DNA from: Chloroflexota bacterium | GTDB lineage: Bacteria > Chloroflexota > Limnocylindria > Limnocylindrales > CSP1-4 | DNA length: 64,000 bases | Direction: 5' to 3' | Assembly (NCBI GenBank): GCA_040755495.1 | Contig: JBFMAT010000014.1 | Coordinates: 7,764 to 71,763 of the forward strand | In this document: one piece after another, positions 1 to 9,839 of the stretch | Position numbering within the stretch: the first letter of the stretch is position 1 | How the letters are laid out: the number at the start of each line of letters is the position of its first letter | The notes under the pieces: model-generated | Told to the model about the DNA's origin: nothing | Seen by the model: only the letters and a program-made list of their open reading frames with translations | The model's database searches: none | Translations under genes and position numbers: made by a program

Positions 1-270
1 GGAGCGCAGCGGATCGGCCACGGACCGGGCCACCGACGGGATCGCCGCCTGGTGGAGCACGACCTCCACGCCGTCCGTCGCGCGGGCCGTCGCGTCCGGG
101 TCGCGGATGTCGCCCTCCACCATCGTGATCAGGTCGCGAACCCCGTCGAGCCGCGAACGAAGGCCCGTGCTGTAGTCGTCGAGCACGACGACCTCGTCGC
201 CCCGGGCGAGCAGCGCCGCGACGAGGTGATGTCCGATGAACCCGGCGCCGCCGGTGACGAGCACGCGCAT
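1..270 (-). CDS. NAD-dependent epimerase/dehydratase (SDR), N-terminal part only; gene continues beyond window start
   Basis: Minus-strand translation from the ATG (cat at 268-270) gives MRVLVTGGAGFIGHHLV...VVLDD, a Rossmann GxxGxxG N-terminus. It lies immediately downstream of the ligase-like gene, whose stop is at 274. Confidence 0.7.
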   Translation of the reverse strand, partial: MRVLVTGGAGFIGHHLVAALLARGDEVVVLDDYSTGLRSRLDGVRDLITMVEGDIRDPDATARATDGVEVVLHQAAIPSVARSVADPLRS

Positions 271-273
271 GCG

Positions 274-1683
274 TCAGCCTTCCTTGGACGGGTGGCCCCG
301 ACGCGATCCGGTGGCCAGGGTGACAGCGAGCACGAGCCACAGCAGGCTCAGGCTCTGGAACACAGTACCGGAGTGGAGGAACGCGGACGTGCCGAGCAGC
401 GCCGCGCCCATCCCCAGCGTGGCCGGGGCCAGGGGACTGCCGCTGCGCCGGATGGCGACGGCCGCGATGACGACCATCGCCCCGACCAGGAAGGCGCCGA
501 CCAGGCCCTGCTCGGCGAGGATGTTGAGGTACTGGTTGTGCGAGAAGGTGGAGTCCGGCGCCGCGCCCCTGATGAAGAACGGGCTGACGTACTGGAACAC
601 CCCGAAGCCGACCCCGACGATCGGGTGAGCCAGGAACATCGCGACGCCCGCCAACAGGATCGCGCGTCGCGACGCCTCGCTCTGCGCCAGGTCGTAGGTG
701 TCGACGGGAATGAGGGCTCCCCCCTGGCGCGCTTCGAGGAAGGCCGGATAGAGCGTCACGCCGATGATGCCGATGACGACCGCCAGGACGACGGCGGCCG
801 CCCGGTGCCGCTGCCAGACGAGCACGACCGCGCCGATTGCCACCCCCACGTACGCCCCGCGGGAGTAGGTGAGCGCGACGCACGCCAGCAGGAGGAGCAC
901 CAGCGGGAGCAGTGCGAGCTTGATCGACCGGCGAGCCGCCGCCAGCGCGCCCAGCCCGAAGGTGAAGGCGGTGGCCGCGTACAGGCCGAGGAAGTTCGGG
1001 TCCGCGAACGCGCCGCTGGCCCGCGCGTTCCCCGTGTCCTCCACGAGGCCCCCGGTGAAGGCCGTGAACGGCAGGTACGACGTGATGTCGCCGATCGCGA
1101 GCAGGGCGGTGAGGCCGGTGCCCAGCATCGCGAGCGCGAGGATGGGCCAGGGCGACATCAGCCGGAACAGGTACGTCGCGGACAGGAACAGCGCGACGCC
1201 CGTCGAGAACCGGATCAGCGCGTTCATCGCGGAGGGCAGCCAGTCGGGCGCGAGTCCGTTCAGGGGCGACGGGAGGCTCAGGGCCGAGATGAGCACGTAG
1301 CCGACCAGCATCACCACGCCCGGATGGACCCGCAGCCGCAGCCGGTCCACGGGCAGCCGGAGGATGCAGCCCATGAAGATCGCGCCGGCCATGATCGCGT
1401 TGATCCGGATCGGGACGAGGATCTCCGGCTCACGCATCGGCATGATCATGACGAACATCGCCAGGCCGGCCGCCGGCCACGCCACCGACACGGCCGCGCT
1501 CATCGCGATCACCACGAGGGCGATCCGCTCCTCACCCGCCCCGAGGGCCACCAGGTAGGGCAACGCGAGGGCCGGACCGACCACGATCTGCAGTCGCGAG
1601 CCGACGACGGGCCAGACCGCCGGCGGCAGCCACGGGCGCGAGGCGGGACGGGGCCCGGGCCGGACCGCGGCGCCGCTCGTCAT
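274..1683 (-). CDS. O-antigen ligase/polymerase family integral membrane protein (Wzy_C-like)
   Basis: ORF 274..1716 is a polytopic membrane protein with a YSRGAYVG-type Wzy_C motif. The start was refined to the ATG at 1683, which overlaps the upstream glycosyltransferase stop (ATGA). Confidence 0.7.
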   Translation of the reverse strand: MTSGAAVRPGPRPASRPWLPPAVWPVVGSRLQIVVGPALALPYLVALGAGEERIALVVIAMSAAVSVAWPAAGLAMFVMIMPMREPEILVPIRINAIMAGAIFMGCILRLPVDRLRLRVHPGVVMLVGYVLISALSLPSPLNGLAPDWLPSAMNALIRFSTGVALFLSATYLFRLMSPWPILALAMLGTGLTALLAIGDITSYLPFTAFTGGLVEDTGNARASGAFADPNFLGLYAATAFTFGLGALAAARRSIKLALLPLVLLLLACVALTYSRGAYVGVAIGAVVLVWQRHRAAAVVLAVVIGIIGVTLYPAFLEARQGGALIPVDTYDLAQSEASRRAILLAGVAMFLAHPIVGVGFGVFQYVSPFFIRGAAPDSTFSHNQYLNILAEQGLVGAFLVGAMVVIAAVAIRRSGSPLAPATLGMGAALLGTSAFLHSGTVFQSLSLLWLVLAVTLATGSRRGHPSKEG

Positions 1684-2846
1684 CGGCGCACCGCCTCCCT
1701 GAACAGGGCCTCCCACCGTGACGACACCGCCTCGATCGTGAAGCGCTCGCGGACCGCCATCGCCCCGCGGGCCAGGCTCGCGCGGCGGGCGTCGTCGCGG
1801 AGGAGGCCGCCGATCGCGTCGGCGAGAGCGTCCACGTCCTCGGGCGGCACGAGCAACCCGTCGACGCCGTCGGTGATGATGTCACGTGGCCCATGGTCGC
1901 AGTCGCAGGCGACGACGGCTCGGCCGAGGGCCATCGCCTCGATCAGCGCCATCGGCAGGCCCTCCTTCCGGGAGGACAGGACGAACACGGTGGCGGCCAG
2001 CAGCTCGTCCTCGGGCACCGGCGTGGTCCCCGGCAGCGAGACCTGCCCCCCGAGGCCCAGCTCGGCGACGAGCGCCTCCAGGTTGCGGCGCTCGTCGCCC
2101 TCGCCCCAGATCACGAGCCTCGCCGTCGGCCACTCGCCGGTGATCCTCGCGAAGGCGCGGATCAGCAGGTCAAACCCCTTCTCGGGTCCCAGGCGCCCCA
2201 GCCCCATGATGACCGGGCCGGCAGCCATCGCGCCCTCGGTGGGCTCCACGCGCACCTCGCGAGCGAGGAACGACGACGGCAGGGGATTGGGCACCACCCG
2301 TCCGCGCCGCCGGAGGGTCGGCGACAAGTGGGCGAGGGCGCTGTGGGTGAGCATCACGACGAACACGGCACGCCGGTACGTCACTTCCCGGAGGATGCTC
2401 CACGGCAGGCTGAGCTCGCCCCGCGGGCCACGATGCTCGCTCACCAGCACCGGGACCCCGAGCCCGAGCGTCGCGAGCATGGTGATGACGTTGGCCATGA
2501 ACGACAGCACGACCTCCGGTCGGGTCTCGCGGATCGCCCGCCGCACTGCGCGGATCCGGTGCACGTTGTTGCGGACGGCCGAGACCGGAGAGTGCGACTC
2601 CCGGTGCAACCCGAGGGGAACCACCGAGATGCGCGGGTCGAGCGGGTAGGCGGGCGGCTTCGAGGGTGGCGAGTAGTGGATGATCGTGATCGTCCAGCCC
2701 AGCGTCACCCAGTGGTTGGCGAGCTCCGTCATCACCCGCTCGGCACCGCCCATCTCGAGCGACGAGATGACGAGGGTGACGCGCTGCGGAGCTCGCGCCG
2801 CCGGTGCCGGAGCCGGGACGGGTTCCGGGGTCGCCGTGCTGGCCAT
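1680..2846 (-). CDS. Glycosyltransferase family 1 (GT4)
   Basis: It carries a GT4 C-terminal signature (LGRLGPEKGFDLLIRAF...RKEGLPMALIEAMALGRAVVA...GVDGLLV). The start at the ATG 2846 (MASTATPEP) lies 5 bp after the upstream epimerase stop. Confidence 0.85.
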   Translation of the reverse strand: MASTATPEPVPAPAPAARAPQRVTLVISSLEMGGAERVMTELANHWVTLGWTITIIHYSPPSKPPAYPLDPRISVVPLGLHRESHSPVSAVRNNVHRIRAVRRAIRETRPEVVLSFMANVITMLATLGLGVPVLVSEHRGPRGELSLPWSILREVTYRRAVFVVMLTHSALAHLSPTLRRRGRVVPNPLPSSFLAREVRVEPTEGAMAAGPVIMGLGRLGPEKGFDLLIRAFARITGEWPTARLVIWGEGDERRNLEALVAELGLGGQVSLPGTTPVPEDELLAATVFVLSSRKEGLPMALIEAMALGRAVVACDCDHGPRDIITDGVDGLLVPPEDVDALADAIGGLLRDDARRASLARGAMAVRERFTIEAVSSRWEALFREAVRR

Positions 2847-2850
2847 GGGA

Positions 2851-3801
2851 TCAGGCGCCGCCGGAGGCGGATGCCGCGGGCCGGCGGTACGACGCAAGGG
2901 TCCTGCCGATGCCTTCGGCCAGGTCCACCGATGGGCGGTATCCGAGCGCGGTCGCCGCCAGCGTGATGTCCGCCTGCGAGTCGCGGACGTCGCCGGCGCG
3001 CGGCGCCTCGAACGTGGGATCCAGCACGCTGCCGGCCGCCGCGCCAACGGCTCCCAGGAGGTCGAGCAGCGACCGGCGTTCGCCGGATCCGACGTTGACG
3101 GTCAGCCCGACGGCGTCCGGGACGGCCGCGGCGGCCAGGTTGGCCGCGACCACGTCACCCACGAAGGTGAAGTCCCTGGACTGCCGCCCGTCGCCGTAGA
3201 TGATCGGCCGCTCGCCGGCGAGTGCCGCCGTGATGAAGCGTGGCACGACCGCGGCGTACTCGGCCTTGGGATCCTGGCCCGGTCCGAACACGTTGAAGTA
3301 GCGCAGCACGACGGTCTCGACGCCGCCCGCGGCGCCGATGTTGTGGGCGTAGTGCTCGCCTGCCAGCTTGCTGGTCGCGTAGGGAGACTGCGGATCGGGT
3401 CGGTCCGTCTCGCGGCTGGGCAGTCGCGGGTCGCCCCCGTACACGGCCGACGAGCTGGCCACGACGACGCGCCGGACGCCCGCGGAGGCGGCCTCGACCA
3501 TGAGGCGAACCGTCCCATCGACGTTGACCGCATTCGTGGTCACCGGGTCGGTGACGGACAGCGCGACGGACGCGATGGCCGCGAGATGGAACACCACCTC
3601 GCGGTCGCCCAGGGCGTCGGCCAGCTCCGGGCCGGCGCGGATGTCTCCCTCGACGACCCGCGACACGGCGACGCCCGCGAGACGCTCACGCCGGCCCGTG
3701 CTGAAGTCGTCGAGCACCACGACGTCGTCCCCCCGGTCGACGAGCGCCCGGACCAGGTGGTGGCCGATGAAGCCTGCGCCGCCCGTGACCAGGGCCCTCA
3801 T
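2851..3801 (-). CDS. NAD-dependent epimerase/dehydratase (UDP-sugar 4-epimerase-like)
   Basis: MRALVTGGAGFIGHHLV, YATSKLAGE (YxxxK) and a full 316-aa extended-SDR architecture. Confidence 0.85.
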   Translation of the reverse strand: MRALVTGGAGFIGHHLVRALVDRGDDVVVLDDFSTGRRERLAGVAVSRVVEGDIRAGPELADALGDREVVFHLAAIASVALSVTDPVTTNAVNVDGTVRLMVEAASAGVRRVVVASSSAVYGGDPRLPSRETDRPDPQSPYATSKLAGEHYAHNIGAAGGVETVVLRYFNVFGPGQDPKAEYAAVVPRFITAALAGERPIIYGDGRQSRDFTFVGDVVAANLAAAAVPDAVGLTVNVGSGERRSLLDLLGAVGAAAGSVLDPTFEAPRAGDVRDSQADITLAATALGYRPSVDLAEGIGRTLASYRRPAASASGGA

Positions 3802-4439
3802 TCGGCGCTCTCCTGCGGATATCCGGGCTCGCTCCGGGCGTAGGCGATCGCCGCCACGGCGGCCACGGCCAGCACGAGCGTGACGGCGGCGGCGATGATC
3901 GTGTTGAACAGCACGCGCGGGCCGGACGGCTCGAGCGGGGTCGCGGCGCGCTCGACGATCGCGAGGATCGCCTCATCGGGCTCGCCGGCGGCACCCTCCA
4001 CGGTGGACAGCTCGACGAGGATGTCGCCCAGCGCGTTGGCGGTCTCCTCCGCGCGGACCGCGCTCTCGTTGGTCACCGCGATGATGATGAACGGGGAGCT
4101 CGCGTCCGTGGCGACCTGGACCTGGAGCCCGAGGTCCTCGGGGCTGTACGGCAGCTCGAGGTCGCTGATCACCCGTTGGAGCACCGGGCGGGTCAGGGCC
4201 AGGGTCCCGTACGTCTGCGCCAGCCGTGGCGCCGTGATGACGTCGCCGGTGACGTCCAGGCCGAGCCCGGCCGTGACCACCAGCTGCGTCTCCGCCGTGT
4301 ACACCTTGGGGGCGGCACTGGTGATGCCGAACGCGGCCGTCGCCGCGACCGCGGTCAGGACCACGACCGCGAGGATGGAGCGCACCAGGACTGCGACGCC
4401 GCCGGACGCATTGGCGGGGATGAGCCGTTCGAGGGCCAT
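3798..4439 (-). CDS. Polysaccharide chain-length determinant (Wzz-like) protein
   Basis: An N-terminal TM (VAVLVRSILAVVVLTAVAAT) and a C-terminal TM (IIAAAVTLVLAVAAVAAIAYA) flank a periplasmic-type segment. Its stop overlaps the start of the downstream epimerase. Confidence 0.55.
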   Translation of the reverse strand: MALERLIPANASGGVAVLVRSILAVVVLTAVAATAAFGITSAAPKVYTAETQLVVTAGLGLDVTGDVITAPRLAQTYGTLALTRPVLQRVISDLELPYSPEDLGLQVQVATDASSPFIIIAVTNESAVRAEETANALGDILVELSTVEGAAGEPDEAILAIVERAATPLEPSGPRVLFNTIIAAAVTLVLAVAAVAAIAYARSEPGYPQESAE

Positions 4440-4496
4440 GAGCAGACTCGTTCGCCTCCGATTCGGATGATGGCCGGCCCGCCGCTGACGGCCGGG

Positions 4497-5136
4497 TCAG
4501 AGGATGATCTTGCGACAGTGGAACGCCTCGGCGCAGTCCGTCGCCGCCTCGATGCCCCGCAACCGGGCGATCGCCCGAAACGAATCGGGGCGCCACCACG
4601 TCCGGCCGTGCTGCGAGGGGAAGTGTGCCTGCAGCAGCGAGATCTTGCGTTCGAGGGTCTCCTCATCGACATCCACGAACAGGTTCGGCCGGCCCAGGTC
4701 GCCGTCGTACTTCGGGATCTCGTACTCGATGACGAGGTGGCTCCGGAACGTCTGCCACACCGTCTCTGCGACGATCCGGTGATCCTGGTGCAGGTCCTGC
4801 ACGTGGGGAGCGAGGATCAGGTCGGGATCCTGATCCTTGATCGACTCCAGCAGGTCCTTGAGCGCCGGGAGCGCGGCAGGCAGACGCCCGTCAGGAAGAT
4901 CGCCCACGATCAGGTCGTGGCTGGCCGCGTCGGCGGAGAACGCCGCGGCGCTCGATCGCGCCTCGTCGGCGCGGGTCGTGGTGGCCGACGCCACCAGCCA
5001 TCGAATGGTGCTGCCGGGGTGCTCTGCGAGCAGCCGGAGGATCGTGGCGCCGCCGCCGATCTCGACGTCGTCGGCGTGGGCGCCCACGGCGAGCAGGTTC
5101 AGCGGCCCCGGCGTTGCGAACGTCAGACGGCGCATC
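4497..5136 (-). CDS. PIG-L/LmbE family N-acetylglucosaminyl deacetylase
   Basis: VGAHADDVEIGGGATI motif, and HxxH-type residues later (LHQDHRIVAE). The start was refined to the ATG at 5136 (MRRLTFATPG). Confidence 0.75.
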
Positions 5137-5139
5137 GCC

Positions 5140-5922
5140 TCAAGCCGTCCCGTTCTGCCACAGCGCCCACGGCGGGCGGCCACCGTCGAACGCGGACTGG
5201 AGCGCTTGGACGTCCTTGAGCGTGTCCATCGGCGCCCAGAATCCCTCGTACGGGTCGCCCTGCAGCCGGCCGGCCGCAATCAACCGCGCGAACGGCTCCT
5301 GGACAAGCTCCTCGCCGGGCTGGATGAGATCGAAGATCTCGGGGCGGAAGATGAAGTAGCCGCCGTTGATCCACAGGTCGGACGTGGCGACGTCCTTGAT
5401 CGCGGCGACGCGGTCCGCGTCACCGAGCTTGACGATGTGGAAGGAGTAGCTCGTCGGCCGCACGCACATGAACGAGGCGATGGCGTCGCCGGCCAGGAAC
5501 CGGTCGATCCGGGCATTCAGCGGCGCGTCGGTCAGGACGTCCCCGTAATTGGCCAGGAATGGCTCATCCCCGACGTGCTTGCGCACGGCCCGCAGGCGCT
5601 GGCCGACGTTGGCGCTGAGCCCGGTGTCCACGAAGGTGATTCGCCACTCCGACATGTCCCGGGCCAGCAGCTCGATGTTGCCATCGCCTGACAGGACGAA
5701 GTCGTTGGACCGGGCCTCCTGGTAGTTGAGGAAATAGTCCTTGATGTGGTCCGCCTTGTAGCCGAGACACAGGATGAACTCGCGGTGCCCGAAGTGGGCG
5801 TAGTAGCGCATCACGTGCCACAGGATCGGGCGGTACCCGACGGTGACCATCGGCTTGGGTACCTGCTCCGAGTGGTCACGCAGCCGGAGCCCTTGACCCC
5901 CACAGAAGAGAACGACCTTCAC
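5140..5922 (-). CDS. rfbF: Glucose-1-phosphate cytidylyltransferase
   Basis: VKVVLFCGGQGLRL...KPMV...GYRPILWHVM is the RfbF/DdhA signature. It is about 260 aa from the GTG at 5922. Confidence 0.85.
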   Translation of the reverse strand: MKVVLFCGGQGLRLRDHSEQVPKPMVTVGYRPILWHVMRYYAHFGHREFILCLGYKADHIKDYFLNYQEARSNDFVLSGDGNIELLARDMSEWRITFVDTGLSANVGQRLRAVRKHVGDEPFLANYGDVLTDAPLNARIDRFLAGDAIASFMCVRPTSYSFHIVKLGDADRVAAIKDVATSDLWINGGYFIFRPEIFDLIQPGEELVQEPFARLIAAGRLQGDPYEGFWAPMDTLKDVQALQSAFDGGRPPWALWQNGTA

Positions 5923-6153
5923 GCTTGCGATCCTCGGAGCCTGTTTGGCTTGTGCGGCCTGCGACGCGGCGTCGTGGCGGGCGGCGACCGGTGGTCCCGG
6001 GTCGCGCGGTGTCCGCGGGCACCGGATACCTGCCCGGCCATGCGGCCCGATCATCGTACGGGCTGGCCCGGAGGTACCATCATTCGAAGGTACCAGTGCG
6101 TGGCGCGTGCCCGCGACGGACTGCGGGCTCGGCTATCGGGAGACGCGAAACCA

Positions 6154-6921
6154 GTGCGGACTGTGATCCTGGCGGGGGGCATGGGCAGCCGCCTGTCCGA
6201 GGAGACCATCACCAAGCCCAAGCCCATGGTCGAGATCGGCGGCGATCCCATCCTGTGGCACATCCTCAAGCACTACTCCCACTACGGGCACACCGACTTC
6301 GTGATCGCCCTGGGCTACCGGGGCGAACTCATCAAGCAGTACTTCGCCCAGTACGCCTCCCTGTCGGGGAACCTGACGGTCCACACCAGCCGTGGCGTCA
6401 TCGAGCGCGCGCGCCACGACGTCGAGGACTGGACGGTCCACCTCGTTGACACCGGGCTCGAGACGGCCACCGGCGGGCGGATGCGCCGGGTGGCGCACCT
6501 CCTCGATGGGCCGTTCCTGATGACGTTCGGCGACGGAGTGTCGGACGTCGACCTCGGTCGCCTGGTCGACTTCCATCGGTCCCACGGACGCCTGGCCACG
6601 ATCACCGCGGTGCGCCCACCCGCCCGCTTCGGCCACGTCCAGCTCGACGGCGACGCGGTCGCCGAGTTCTCGGAGAAGCCCCAGACGGGGGAAGGCTGGA
6701 TCAACGGGGGTTACATGGTCCTGGAGCGAGCGGTGCTTGACTACATCGACAGCGACGACGTGTATTTCCAGAAGGAGCCGATGGAACGTCTCGCTGCGGA
6801 CGGACAGCTGATGGCATATCGCCACGAGTCGTTCTGGCAGTGCATGGACACGATGCGTGACCGCGTCATGCTCGAGAGCCTGTGGGCCACCGGTGACGCG
6901 CCGTGGAAGGTGTGGGCCTGA
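6154..6921 (+). CDS. rfbF: Glucose-1-phosphate cytidylyltransferase (second paralog, divergent)
   Basis: VRTVILAGGMGSRLSEETITKPKPMVEIGGDPILWHILK, 255 aa from the GTG at 6154. Its stop TGA overlaps the next ATG (TGATG). Confidence 0.85.
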   Translation: MRTVILAGGMGSRLSEETITKPKPMVEIGGDPILWHILKHYSHYGHTDFVIALGYRGELIKQYFAQYASLSGNLTVHTSRGVIERARHDVEDWTVHLVDTGLETATGGRMRRVAHLLDGPFLMTFGDGVSDVDLGRLVDFHRSHGRLATITAVRPPARFGHVQLDGDAVAEFSEKPQTGEGWINGGYMVLERAVLDYIDSDDVYFQKEPMERLAADGQLMAYRHESFWQCMDTMRDRVMLESLWATGDAPWKVWA

Positions 6922-7973
6922 TGCACGTCCTGGTCACGGGCAGCGAGGGCTACATCGGCACGATCCTGTGCGCCTACCTGCTGGATCGCGGGTACGACGT
7001 GACCGGGCTCGACACGGGGTTCCATCGCGTCGGCTGGCTGTACCACGGCGTGGACCGCTCGCCGCGCTGGATCGCGAGGGATATTCGCCGGGTCGGCGTC
7101 GAGGACCTGGCCGGCTACGACGCCGTCGTCCACCTGGCAGAGCTGTCGAACGACCCGGTGGGCCAGCTGAACCCGGACATCACGTTCGAGATCAACCACC
7201 ACGGCAGCGTCAACCTGGCCACGATGGCCAAGGCGGCCGGGGTCGAGCGGTTCATCTACATGTCGTCGTGCAGCGTGTACGGCGCCGCGGGTGACACGGA
7301 CAGCACGGAGACCTCCGAGGTCCACCCGCTGACGGCGTACGCCAAGTGCAAGGTGCTCGTGGAGCGCGACGTCCCGGCCCTCGCGGACGACGACTTCTCG
7401 CCGACGTTCCTGCGCAACGCGACGGCCTTCGGCGCGTCGCCGCGGATGCGCTTCGACCTGGTCGTCAACGACCTGGCCGGTCATGCCTGGACCGAGAAGG
7501 TGATCCGCATGGACAGCGACGGGCGCCCGTGGCGGCCGTTCGTGCACATCCTGGACATCAGCCAGGCGATCGACCTCGTGCTCCGGGCTCCACGCGACCT
7601 CGTCCACGGCGAGATCTTCAACGTGGGCAGCAACCTGCAGAATCACCAGGTCCGGGACGTGGCCGAGATGATCGCCGACACGTTCCCGGGCTGCCGGACC
7701 GAGTACGGCGACAGCACCGGCGACCACCGCAACTACCGCGCCAACTTCGACAAGATCCACGAGCGCCTGGGGTTCGAGACGCGGTACGACGTGGCCCGCG
7801 GCGCGCGGCAGCTGCTCGAGGTCTTCCAGGCCGTGGACATGAGCACCGAGCTGTTCGAGTGGCGGGGTCACACCCGGATCAAGCAGATCCGGCACCTGCT
7901 CGCCACCGGGCAGATCGACGAACGGTTCTTCTGGATCCGGGCGCCCGGGACCGAGGCGGGGGACGCGCGATGA
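6921..7973 (+). CDS. NAD-dependent epimerase/dehydratase family protein (extended SDR; candidate CDP-hexose dehydratase/reductase)
   Basis: MHVLVTGSEGYIGTIL Rossmann motif, YAKCK catalytic YxxxK, 350 aa. Translationally coupled on both sides. Confidence 0.8.
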   Translation: MHVLVTGSEGYIGTILCAYLLDRGYDVTGLDTGFHRVGWLYHGVDRSPRWIARDIRRVGVEDLAGYDAVVHLAELSNDPVGQLNPDITFEINHHGSVNLATMAKAAGVERFIYMSSCSVYGAAGDTDSTETSEVHPLTAYAKCKVLVERDVPALADDDFSPTFLRNATAFGASPRMRFDLVVNDLAGHAWTEKVIRMDSDGRPWRPFVHILDISQAIDLVLRAPRDLVHGEIFNVGSNLQNHQVRDVAEMIADTFPGCRTEYGDSTGDHRNYRANFDKIHERLGFETRYDVARGARQLLEVFQAVDMSTELFEWRGHTRIKQIRHLLATGQIDERFFWIRAPGTEAGDAR

Positions 7974-8515
7974 AGCCGCTCCCTGCGGGTCTCGAGGGCT
8001 CATTCCTCATCGACCTCACCCGGATCGGCGACGAGCGGGGGTTCTTCGCCCGGATCTGGGACGACGCGTGGTCCGAGCAGCTCGGCGTCGACACCCGCGC
8101 GGTGCAGGTCAACCTGTCCACCAACCGCCACCGCGGGACGATCCGCGGGCTCCACTGGCAGGTCGCGCCGTACGGCGAGTCGAAGCTCCTCCGGTGCACC
8201 CGCGGCGCGGTGTTCGACGTGGCCGTCGACCTTCGTCCCGGCTCGCCGACCTATCGCCAGTGGCAGGGCCACGTCATCGACGCGGACAGCCGCCGGATGG
8301 TGTTCGTACCGGCCGGCTGCGCCCATGGCTACCAGGCGCTGGAGGACGACGCGGAGGTCAGCTACCAGGTGTCCCACCCGTACGTGCCGGGGATGGAGCG
8401 TGGCCTGCGCTGGAACGACCCCGCCCTGGGCATCGACTGGCCGATCACCGAGGGCGTGATCGTGTCCGAGAAGGACATGGCCTGGCCCGACATCACCCCG
8501 GAGACCCACGCATGA
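7970..8515 (+). CDS. dTDP/CDP-4-dehydro-6-deoxyhexose 3,5-epimerase family (RmlC-like cupin)
   Basis: ERGFFARIWD...IRGLHWQ...SKLLRCTRGAVFDVAVDLR are RmlC motifs. ATGA overlap with the upstream gene. Confidence 0.8.
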   Translation: MKPLPAGLEGSFLIDLTRIGDERGFFARIWDDAWSEQLGVDTRAVQVNLSTNRHRGTIRGLHWQVAPYGESKLLRCTRGAVFDVAVDLRPGSPTYRQWQGHVIDADSRRMVFVPAGCAHGYQALEDDAEVSYQVSHPYVPGMERGLRWNDPALGIDWPITEGVIVSEKDMAWPDITPETHA

Positions 8516-9801
8516 GCACCCTCCTCCGCGCCCTCGAGGCGCGCGCGGCCGCCGGCGACCCGATCCGCGTCGGCCTGGTCGGCGCCGGCTACGCGGGCCG
8601 CGGCTTCGCGGCCCGGATCATCCGCCGCATCCCGGGCATCGAGCTCGTGGCCATCGCCAACCGGACCGTGGCCCAGGCCGAGCGCGCCTACCGCGAAGCC
8701 GGCGCGGGCGACCCGGCGTACGCGGCCTCTGCCGCGGACCTCGACGCCGCCATCCGCCGCCACCGCCCGGTGGTCACCGACGACCCGACGCTGCTCACCG
8801 ATGCCGACGGCATCGAAGCCATCGTGGAGGCGACCGGCGAGGTCGAGTTCGGGGCGGGCGTCGCGCTCCGCACGATCGATGCCGGCAAGCACCTCGTGCT
8901 GGTCAACGCGGAGCTGGACTCCTGCCTCGGGCCGATCCTCAAGACCCGCGCCGATGCCGCCGGCGTCGTCCTCACCGACATGGCCGGCGACCAGCCGGCC
9001 GTGATCATGGACCTCGTGGACGAGGTGCGGCTGCTGGGCTTCCGGCCGATCCTGGCCGGCAACATCAAGAGCCTCCTCGACCACAAGCGGACGCCCGAGA
9101 CCCAGAAGGGGTTCGCCGAGGCCCACGGCCAGCGGCCGAAGATGATCACGTCGTTCGCCGACGGGACCAAGATCGCCGCCGAGATGGGCGTCGTCGCCAA
9201 CGCGACCGGCTTCGGCGTCGCCGAGCGCGGCATGCGGGGCCCGCGCGCGGAGCGCGTCGAGCAGGCACCGGACCGGTTCGACGTCGAGGCGCTCCTGGAG
9301 CGTCCGATCGTCGACTACCTCCTGGGCGCCGAGCCCAGCTTCGGCGTGTTCGTGCTGGGGTACGAGGAGGACCCGCTCAGCCGCGCGTACATGAAGTTCT
9401 ACAAGATGGGCGACGGGCCGGTGTACACGTTCTACCGGCCGTTGCACCTCGGCCCGCTGGAGACGGTCCAGTCGGTCGCCCGCGCCGTGCTGCTGCGGGA
9501 CGCGGCCGCGACGCCGCTCGGTGGCCCGGTGACCGAGGTCATCGCCCAGGCGAAGCGGCACCTTGCGGTCGGCGAGACGCTGGACGGGATCGGCGGCTTC
9601 ACGGTGTACGGCATGCTCGAGAACGCGGCGACCGCGCGCCGCGAGCGGCTGCTGCCGATGGGCCTGACCGACGGGGCCGTGGTCGTCCGCCCGGTCGCCG
9701 AGGACGTCGCGCTGACCTTCGACGACGTGGAGCTGCCGCCCGGGCGCCTGGCCACGCGCCTGTGGCAGGAGCAGGCGGAGCGCTTCGGCGTCCCGGCCTG
9801 A
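8512..9801 (+). CDS. NAD(P)-dependent oxidoreductase, homoserine-dehydrogenase-like/SAF-domain family (COG4091-like)
   Basis: N-terminal VGLVGAGYAGRGFAARI dinucleotide-binding motif, 429 aa. ATGA overlap with the RmlC-like gene. The family assignment is from memory of the architecture. Confidence 0.6.
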   Translation: MSTLLRALEARAAAGDPIRVGLVGAGYAGRGFAARIIRRIPGIELVAIANRTVAQAERAYREAGAGDPAYAASAADLDAAIRRHRPVVTDDPTLLTDADGIEAIVEATGEVEFGAGVALRTIDAGKHLVLVNAELDSCLGPILKTRADAAGVVLTDMAGDQPAVIMDLVDEVRLLGFRPILAGNIKSLLDHKRTPETQKGFAEAHGQRPKMITSFADGTKIAAEMGVVANATGFGVAERGMRGPRAERVEQAPDRFDVEALLERPIVDYLLGAEPSFGVFVLGYEEDPLSRAYMKFYKMGDGPVYTFYRPLHLGPLETVQSVARAVLLRDAAATPLGGPVTEVIAQAKRHLAVGETLDGIGGFTVYGMLENAATARRERLLPMGLTDGAVVVRPVAEDVALTFDDVELPPGRLATRLWQEQAERFGVPA

Positions 9802-9839
9802 CCGTCAGCCGGGGCGGCCACCACGGGGGTACTGGCCCA

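Noticed and set aside
52-2649. 865-aa plus-strand ORF rich in Arg/Asp/Gly, running antisense to the ligase and GT4 genes
   Set aside because: It has low-complexity composition typical of GC-driven antisense frames. The opposite strand carries well-supported membrane and GT4 proteins.
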